A stretch of 63,891 bases of DNA, filler included, from Chrysochromulina tobinii (Eukaryota): the NCBI GenBank assembly GCA_001275005.1. It is 8 parts of 8 records of this genome, joined end to end, with 100 filler letters (N's around TTAATTAATTAA, not from the genome) between each part and the next. Parts side by side here need not be neighbours in the genome. Positions count along the whole stretch, not along the records: positions 50,345 to 62,663 come from JWZX01000788.1; positions 62,764 to 63,891 come from JWZX01000849.1; 6 more parts are not named here. One strand, given 5' to 3'. Within the stretch, counting starts at the first letter, position 1, and each line of letters begins with the position of its first letter. The notes below the pieces were generated by a model. It was not told the origin of the DNA. It did no database searches and saw only the letters and a list, made by a program, of their open reading frames with translations. Both the position numbers and the translations under genes were made by a program. Below are positions 56,401-63,891 of the stretch, piece after piece.

Positions 56401-59400
56401 CTTCATCAAGACGGGGCGCGTAACGCGCCGTGCCGGCGAGAAGGCAGATCCAGATGAGATCCCGCGTCGTTCGCTCTTTGCGGAGCGCAAGATTGAAGGT
56501 ACCTTCCGCAAGTGGAACACGAATTTCGGCGCCGTGGTCAAGACGATCGAACTCGATGATGAGGGCGGCGACGCCGCCGCGGGCGATGGGCGTGTGCGCC
56601 TCTCGTCCGATTGTGTGCCGCAAGCGTTCTCGCATTGGACGATTGACTTCTCCGGCCGGCCAGAATCCACCTTCAAGGGGCCCGACGGGACGGCGGGCCG
56701 GTGCCTCGTGTGCGACTTGCAGGGATGCTTCGACAAGGACGGCTCGCTCAACGGCTCGCCCAACACCTTCCTCTTCTCGGATCCGGTGATCCATTCCGAT
56801 CTTGGCACGCCGCACCTGTTTGGCGCCACGGACTTGGGTAGAAATGGGATCGCCGCGTTCCTGCGCTCGCACAAGTGCAACGACGTGTGCCGGCTGCTCC
56901 ACCTGCCGGAGAACAAGGACTTTGTCGAAGAGAACGTGGGACAGCTCGAGAACTCAAGTGTGAACACGTCCTTCATCTCGGTGGCCCAGACGAAACATCT
57001 GGCCTTGCGCGCCGCCGAGCGCAAGATTAACCATCGCGAGATGCAGGCCGCCAAGAAGCACGGCGAGAAGTACCGTGGGCTCAACGGCAACTTCCAGCAC
57101 GAGCTCGAGGACATCAGGCTCGTGACGAGCTCGGACCAGAAGGTGGGGGTCACGGTCATCAAGCAAGGGGCGCCGCGCCTGGACGCTCCCGGCGACGCTC
57201 CCGACGCCCGTCGCGCCCAGTACGACGCTCCCGACGCCCGACGCGCCCAGTACGACGCCCGCAGCGGCGTCGGGAGCGGTAGCAGCGGCGCTGGGGGCGG
57301 TAGCTCTCAAAAGAAGCCGGTCATCTTGTCGCTGCCCCGCGCCCCGCGACCAGCGCCGCCAATCATCACTCTTGCGCCACCCAAACCACGGACGCCACCG
57401 ACACTGCCCACGCCGGAGCTACTGGCTCCCTCCGGTGTCGTTGAACCGGTACCCGTTCCAGGGCATGCTCTCACACCCAGTGCGCCTCATGGTGAACGCG
57501 GAGGCGGGCGCGGAGGGCGTGGCGGCCGAGGCGGAGGCCGCGGTTTGGTGCACGCGGTCGCTGCTGCAGCTGCTCTGATGGCTGCAACGCCAGGTGGATC
57601 ACCAGCGGAGGTGGCTGCAGTACATCCACGTCCAGGAGCTGCATCGGAGATGACTGCAGTACATGCCCTGCCCCTGCCAGCTGCTCTGGAGGCAGGCCGA
57701 GGCGGCCGAGGGGGCCGAGGCGGCCGAGGCGGCCGAGGCCTGCATCTTGCGTCCGCCACGTCTTCGGCACTCATGATGAGCCTCACAGGGCCTGAGGGCA
57801 CCAAGTTTCTCGAGTCGATGGCGGCCGGCGTGTCGTCGTCTGCGCTGACGCACCTTGCACGCAGCCTGCCTCCGCAGGCCCTCCCATTCCCCGCTCAGCT
57901 GCTGCCTGCACGTGGCGCCGAGAGCACCGGACCACCCAACGTGGCCCTCGCCGCTGGTGTGTCGCCAACTGCCCTACCTGCCATGGAAGCTTTGCAGAGC
58001 CTTCCGAGCTTCCCCACAGCCGCCAGCTGCTCTCCTCCTGCTGAGGAAGTTGGGCGGCCCGATCCCTCTCGTCCGCCTCCCTCAAAAGCCTTGGCACCCT
58101 ACTCAAGAGAGCCGGCTGCTGAGCCTGTGCCTAAGCTCGGGGCTGCTGAGCCTGCTGCTGAGCCTGCTGCTGAGCCGCCCGGGATTGGGGCGAAGCTGGC
58201 GGCCAAAGGCGCCGAGTTGGAGTTGCCGGTCGCTGATCAACTCGCTCTACGAGCCCAAGCGGCCAAGATCGCCACTGCCCTGGCTGTCGCTAAGGAGCCC
58301 CGTACGATCGACGCCGCGCCTGAGCCCATATCAGCGCCTGCGAGCGTGTCTGCGGGTGCAGAGGCCTCCGCCGCCAGAGCCGAAGTGGAGGTGAAGGTCG
58401 GCGCGGAGGTCACCCCGGAGGTCATCTCGGAGGAGGCGATGGCGATTCGTAAGGACTGGCTCTTAAGGCAAGATCAGGCAAAGCGCGGCAACCTTCCCAA
58501 GATCAGCTTTGTGGAGTGGTATCGCCGGCTAACGCTCTTAGATCAGCGCCTTCTCACTCCACACCTCACCGAGGTGGAGAAAGAAGAGATCCGGGCGAAC
58601 TCGACAGGGTTCATGGAGGTCGTCACTCGATCGTCCGCGGCGCTCAAGGAGAAGGGTGAGGGGGCGAAGCCGACTGGCGACGTAGCCCTACGTTCGCAGC
58701 AGGAGGTGCCCAAAACAGCGCTTGCGCCCGGACGCCTAGCGAACCAATTTGGCGCGCTGGCAGCTGTGAGCCCCGAGGACACTCCCCTGACCGACAAGGA
58801 GATGCGCAAACAGGAGAAAAAGGAGCGCCGAGCCGAAGAACGGCGTCTGCAGGAACATGAGCGGCAATTCCATCCCTCATCTGTTCCCCCACAGGAGCGT
58901 CTCCAGGAGCACGGGCGGGCTGGAGCCGAGGCGCGAGAGGCGCCCCGAGAGGCACCCCCACGGAAAGTTGGAGCGCCAAAGGTTGCCGATGCAGAGAACG
59001 GCTTGCTCGAGGCACGGCTTGCGTCGAAGCACTCGACCGCGACGGTGGGCTCGGGAGCTCACAGTAAGCCGCACGTGCACAAGAAGATGACGTCCAAGGA
59101 GATCGATGCCTACACGACTCCCAAAGCGCTCCGTCGCGCGTTGCTGGATCGCGGCATCGCACAAGCCGTGGTGGAACAGTTCGAGGATAAGCCCGATGAG
59201 CTGAAGCGCCTGAGAGCGCATGCTAAGACGCTCCCCGGCGTGTGCTCCGAGGCGCGCTCGCGAGGACGCATTCACGTGGAAGGTGTCCACGTGGACCAAG
59301 TGGAAGCTCAGGAAATCGAGCGCATCTCTGAATTTATCAATAACCCTTCGCAATCCGCCAAGGGGGCAGCCTATGCAGACACGATCCAAAATGTGGTGAA

Positions 59401-59629
59401 CGATGTGGCACAGAAGGCCAGTGACGTGTTCAGCTACGTGAAGGATGCTGTTCTAGGCAGCACGAGTGCGTCGGCGCCGCCGGCGGTGGCGGACAAGGAC
59501 GATGAGGATGAACATGGCCACGGTGCAGCTACGGCACAGGTCAACGAGAGCAGCGAGGAAGGCAAGGAGCGCGAAAGAAAAGAGCAACTGAAAAAACTCC
59601 GCGCGCGCGCACGTGCGGCGCGTGCATGA
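50444..59629 (+). CDS. ~3000-aa multidomain alpha-kinase: GLFG repeats, GLEBS, SH3-like repeats, ankyrin, acidic tract, vWA, alpha-kinase, RGG/low-complexity tail; intron 55949-56062
   Basis: Splicing AAG|GT..CCCTCATCAG|GT joins ORFs 50357-55996 and 56063-59629 in frame; GGERNAF, WVVKE, FRKWNTNFG, QAFSHWT, CDLQG, DPVIH, DLGRNGI, HKCNDVC; VVDNSASM..FFSDGKP; GATPLYAAA. Confidence 0.88.
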
Positions 59630-60156
59630 GAGTGAGAAACCTTATACTTCCGATGGGGCCCAGGAGTACTAGCATGAGAACTACGAGTAGGCTGGCGCTG
59701 TGTGCGGCGCGCAGCGCATGCGCTGTGTGTACTGGTTTCGTACAAACCTCGAATTCCGCTGTGTGTACAGTACAAAAGGCAGTAGATGTGTGCGACTGTA
59801 CTTACGAAGTTTGGTACGAACGAAGTCGAAGATCGAAGTCGGCTCCTCGTCGGCGGCTAAACTTACGGGACCGGCGAGGCTGTATACGCCTTGTTGGGAG
59901 TTGAGCGTAGTTGGACGACGTTTGGGACTTCATAAGAAAGTCACCTTCAGATAATGGCAAAATTGCTTTGTGTCTCCACGGGACCTGTGGTCGTGCGACT
60001 TGCCGATATGGCAGTTTAACAAGCAAGCAAGCGTGCTTGCTTGCTTGCAGTTTAACGTCACAACGTCCGCGCCGAGATAATGCAAAAATGGGGAGGCGTA
60101 ACGGCTAATTAATTCTCGAATTCGTCGTGTCGTTCGTCTCGACCCCCGGGGGCACG

Positions 60157-60954
60157 ATGGTGGCCTTCACGATTCGCATTGTCGGCTTATTTGCGGTCGC
60201 GAGCGTTGCATGCGCGTTCACTGCAGGTCCCTTGGCTCCCGCCCTACGGCGATCGGCAGTAGTTGCTGGTGGTAGCTCTGACTATCTTCCACATTGGCGG
60301 TCTCAGGCCTCTGTTGCAATGCCTCGAGCAGCTGTGGTGAAGGCGGTCGCCCCTCGGCCAGGGCCGGCCGAGACAGGGGCGAGCGTGATGTCATTTATTA
60401 CTGCGTTGGGCACGCGCAACGCCGTCACTGCAACCGCTGCGTTTGTCCTGGCGGTTATAGGCGCATCCATTCTCCGCAAACGTGGAGAAGTCCGCCGTCT
60501 CAAGCGAGCAGAGGAGAAGAAGGGGGAGAAGACGGTGGAGAAGAAGGCGCCGCCTCCGAAAAAGGTGGAGAAGAAAGTGGAGAGCAAAGCTGGGAAAGGG
60601 GCGGAGACAAAGTCCGAGACGGACGCAAGCACGATTTTGGACTTCGGAGCAGCCATCTTCGGCGCTGCAGTCGATGCGACGGTCTGGGCGGGGACGGCGA
60701 TCGCAGAGGAGGGTGTCAAGGTGCTTGCTGTGCCGACGGTGGCAGCAGAGGCTGCCGCCATGCCGAAAGAGCAGGAGGAGAAGGAGGCAGCGCCCGAGAA
60801 GGTGCCCGCGAAGGTGTCCGCGAAGGTGTCCGCGATGGACGACACGCGTGCCTTCATTCCGACACCGAAATTCGCGGGCCCGAAGAAGAATTTCGTCTTC
60901 AAGGCGGGCCCAGAGGGCGTTGGCTATTACAATCGAGATTACACATGGGAATGA
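60157..60954 (+). CDS. Probable plastid-targeted membrane protein
   Basis: Signal peptide ending VACAF (ASAF-like) + Ala/Arg/Ser transit-like region; TM helix; C-terminal FxGxKxNFVFKxGPEGVGYY motif. Confidence 0.65.
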   Translation: MVAFTIRIVGLFAVASVACAFTAGPLAPALRRSAVVAGGSSDYLPHWRSQASVAMPRAAVVKAVAPRPGPAETGASVMSFITALGTRNAVTATAAFVLAVIGASILRKRGEVRRLKRAEEKKGEKTVEKKAPPPKKVEKKVESKAGKGAETKSETDASTILDFGAAIFGAAVDATVWAGTAIAEEGVKVLAVPTVAAEAAAMPKEQEEKEAAPEKVPAKVSAKVSAMDDTRAFIPTPKFAGPKKNFVFKAGPEGVGYYNRDYTWE

Positions 60955-61371
60955 TGCTAGAATCGGAGGGTATCAGTGCAGCAGCGTGCAGCAGTCAGTG
61001 ACAATCAGCGCCAACAATCGTGTGCGAGCCGCATGACGCCAGCATGTATATTCTGAATCTGAGGTGTCTGTTGGATGCGTCACTGGTCGTTTGAGGTCGG
61101 GGGCGGTCGGGGGCGGCGTGGTGCGTTGCGGTGCATTGCGAAGAATGTTGATTCCACCGCAAACCGCGCGCTCGAGAGGACTGGTGCCTCGACGGTCCCG
61201 AGAGCACATTTCAGGCGTTTGGTTCGCGAAGTTTGTTGTTAATATTCATGCGTGCACCGTGCCCAGAGGCCATCCCAGAGGCAGCGCGTTCAAAGGTTCG
61301 CATGCGGTATGTTTCCCTGGGCATGGCGAAGGCCAATACAACAATGTGATGCATTCTTGAGGTAACCTAAC

Positions 61372-62403
61372 TTACGCGAGACGGATCTGCGGCGGCGAGG
61401 GCGGCGGCGGCGGCGGCGGCGTCAGCGGCGGCGTCAGCGGCGGTGTCATAGCGGGCATCGCCTCTGCCTCCGCCTGCTGTAGCCACGACACCGCGTGCCG
61501 ACGAGCACTCGGCGATGGCGTCTCCTGCCGCCTTGGCGGCGGCGAGGTCAATGCGGGCTCCATCGCTCCCTGCACTGCGAGCGCGGCGCACAGGGCCTCA
61601 CGCATGTGTGGCACGCCGGATTGCTTTGCGAACTCATTCACCAGCCACTGCATTCCCACCCCCCTCGCCCTCCCCGCGGGCTTCGACGAGTGCGCGTTGG
61701 GCACGACGAGACTCTCGGGCATCTCCGGCTCGAGATTCTTGAACACGCTCACGAGATCCGCCTCAACCTTCGTGAGCCTCGAGCCCGCGACCTTTGCGAG
61801 GGACACCTGCGGGCGGCCCCAAAAGCGCTCCTGCGCCTTCGAGACGGGTATGTAATGCTGGGGGCTGCGCTCCGTCTTCTTGGGAAAGCGCGAATACTCG
61901 GACGAGGGCGAGCCAGGCCTCGACACCCCGCTTGGGGACGCCTGTGTGCTGCCCCAAAAGCGCTCCTGCGCCTTCGAGTCAGGTACGAAATGCTGCGGGC
62001 TGCGCTCGTGCTTCTTGGGGAAGCGCGAATACTCGGACGAGGGCGAGCCCGCGGGCCTCGGCACCCCGCTTGAGGCTTTGACGCGGCTGGGCGGCGGGTG
62101 CACGCTCGTCGTCTCGTTCCTTCGTGGCGGTGATGCGTCGTAGGTATGTTTGATGGTAGGCAATGGCGTCTTGACCTTAGCCTCACCCTCGCCGGCCTTT
62201 GCCAAGCTTCGCCGATCGGATCGCCCGCGCGCCACCGCCTGCAAGCGCGCCGCAGCGTAGTAGTCCTGCTCGACGTCCCGAAACTCATTCAGGTCCACGT
62301 CTTCGTCGGCATACTCGGCGTGCGCGTCGGCCGTGAATGCGCGCGGCGGCGTCCACATTTCTGACGCGGGGCGTTTGAACAAGAATTCGAAAACGTTTTG
62401 CAT
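61372..62403 (-). CDS. Hypothetical protein with IQ motif and a duplicated ~40-aa unit
   Basis: AAARLQAVARGRSDRR; two copies of GSPSSEYSRFPKKxERSPQH..SKAQERFWG. Confidence 0.6.
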   Translation of the reverse strand: MQNVFEFLFKRPASEMWTPPRAFTADAHAEYADEDVDLNEFRDVEQDYYAAARLQAVARGRSDRRSLAKAGEGEAKVKTPLPTIKHTYDASPPRRNETTSVHPPPSRVKASSGVPRPAGSPSSEYSRFPKKHERSPQHFVPDSKAQERFWGSTQASPSGVSRPGSPSSEYSRFPKKTERSPQHYIPVSKAQERFWGRPQVSLAKVAGSRLTKVEADLVSVFKNLEPEMPESLVVPNAHSSKPAGRARGVGMQWLVNEFAKQSGVPHMREALCAALAVQGAMEPALTSPPPRRQETPSPSARRHAVSWLQQAEAEAMPAMTPPLTPPLTPPPPPPPSPPQIRLA

Positions 62404-62763
62404 GCGAGTTCACACTCGAAAGTGTCTTTGTTCTCACAAAAGTTTCTTCGGCAATGGCCTCTCTTCGCAACGGCCAACGCTGAACGGACGCGAAAGGCGA
62501 AACTGAAACCGAGGGGGGCCTCAGCCGCACGGACAGTCAGTCAGTCAGTCAGTTTCGTCGTCCGCGGAGGTTCCGCACTCAGTTTGTAATCAGGGTATGA
62601 GGAAGGGGTGCAAATCCAGATATTAATCCCTCCCCTACCCCCTTGGGTAAATCACTCAGTTTGNNNNNNNNNNNNNNNNNNNNNNNNNNNNNNNNNNNNN
62701 NNNNNNNTTAATTAATTAANNNNNNNNNNNNNNNNNNNNNNNNNNNNNNNNNNNNNNNNNNNN

Positions 62764-63871
62764 AGCTGCTTGCACGGCCGGCCGCGTTGAAGTCGGCGCA
62801 CGGCCGCTTGCTCTTGTCGTCGCCGTTGCCGTTGGGCTTGATGGTCTTGGTGTCCTTAGAGGTATCAATAGGTGCTCCCCCGAGCTGCAGGTTCGCCCCG
62901 CCAGCACGAAAAAAGGCTGCGGCGTTGCGCCGCGCCTCCGAGAGCAAAGTATCTTGGCCTCCGCGGCGGAAGACGTTGCCCATGTGCATCACGCGCTGCG
63001 GGTCGATGTCGATCTCGCGAAAGTACACCATCAAGAGCTCGTGCGCCACCTTCCAGGGCTCTTTCATCCGAAGGGCGCCATAGACGACGTCGTCAAAGAA
63101 CTTCATGACGATCGTGGCAGAGGCCATGCCGAGCGCGACGATCACGATGATGAAGTAGTGGATCATCTCGTAGAACTCGCCCTCAGTCATCGGGCGCACG
63201 AGCGTCGCCGTGTGGCTGGTCGCCTTGGCCTTGCCCACCTCCAGCTTGAAGGTTGGGTCGTTGCGCTTCGACGGCACGTTCGAGACCTTGGCCCAAATGA
63301 ACGCCAGCGTGCCCGAGGAGGAGGAGATGACCGACTCGGCGCCGAGCCGGAGAGACTCCATAGCGCCCCGGATCTTATCGACGTCGAGCGCTTGAGTGGC
63401 TCCATCCAGGCGCTCCGCCAGCTCGGCCGAAGCTTCAGCAAAGGAGCAGTGCCCATACATCGCCGCCTTGACGACAGCATTGGCTGCCGTGTACGCCGCC
63501 GACTTGAGGTCGACGATGGCGCCCTGACATGGTGCGCACGCGATGCCCATGATCGCGTCGAGGACGGGCCGAGTGAAGTGGGCCGCAAGCTCGTGCGTCA
63601 AGGAGTAGGTGACCGTGGGCGCAGTGCCGAGCGTCTTCGCCGAGAAGATCTGCGCATTCGCAGCAATGTTCACCACCAGCGGGCAGGCGGCGTCGACATG
63701 GGTCGGCGCGATCGTGTCCTTGCAGTGCGTGCAGACCGCGCGCGCCGTCGGGAGCGAGCCCAGGACGATCATGATCGCGAGCGAAGTGGGCCGTGCGCGA
63801 AGTAGAGAGAGCGAGACGAAGTTGTACAGAATTGGTTGCCACTGCCAAGACTTCGTAACCATCTTCGGCAT
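62764..63871 (-). mobile_element. Probable gag-like ORF1 of a tyrosine-recombinase (DIRS/Ngaro-type) retrotransposon, truncated
   Basis: Intronless; N-terminal CTHC..H...C knuckle; begins a C-terminal RPCADFN zinc-finger-like motif at the contig break; no RT visible. Confidence 0.45.
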
Positions 63872-63891
63872 CTTCGACGGACTCGGAAGGA

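Overview
High-GC eukaryotic nuclear DNA. The gene content and intron style suggest a haptophyte alga, Chrysochromulina/Emiliania-like (inference). The window is not contiguous: it is 8 contigs or fragments joined by artificial 100-nt N/TTAATTAATTAA/N linkers (1-20497, 20598-26020, 26121-34180, 34281-38293, 38394-40334, 40435-50244, 50345-62663, 62764-63891). Recognisable genes are a CRAL-TRIO protein, a POT/PTR peptide transporter, a CCDC6-like protein, TM9SF/EMP70, UPRT, an LSM12-like protein, AP-4 epsilon, a Sel1+ARM giant repeat protein, a GT2/GT92-like glycosyltransferase, a kexin-like S8 protease, an OTU+MLLE polyprotein, an HNH protein, an SDR fragment, an Sfi1-like protein, SCOT, a GLFG/GLEBS-ankyrin-vWA-alpha-kinase fusion and a probable YR/DIRS-type gag. 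The most striking signal is intron architecture. In at least 9 unrelated genes on 4 contigs, introns consist of (i) 15-45 nt duplications, often iterated 2-7 times, of the flanking exon end or start or of a splice site, and (ii) sense-oriented 10-12-mer branch-point-like tandem filler (CTGATTGC.., CTGATGGCCT, CTGATGACCT, CTAATTGCCTCC) or shared cassettes (TGCATGCAAGTGCTCACCACGGCGCC; CCCTCATCAG). The exon copy usually switches into the filler at a 1-3 nt CTG/TG microhomology. This suggests an active templated 'duplicate-and-write' intron-generating or remodelling process distinct from classical TIR introners. The mechanism is inference.
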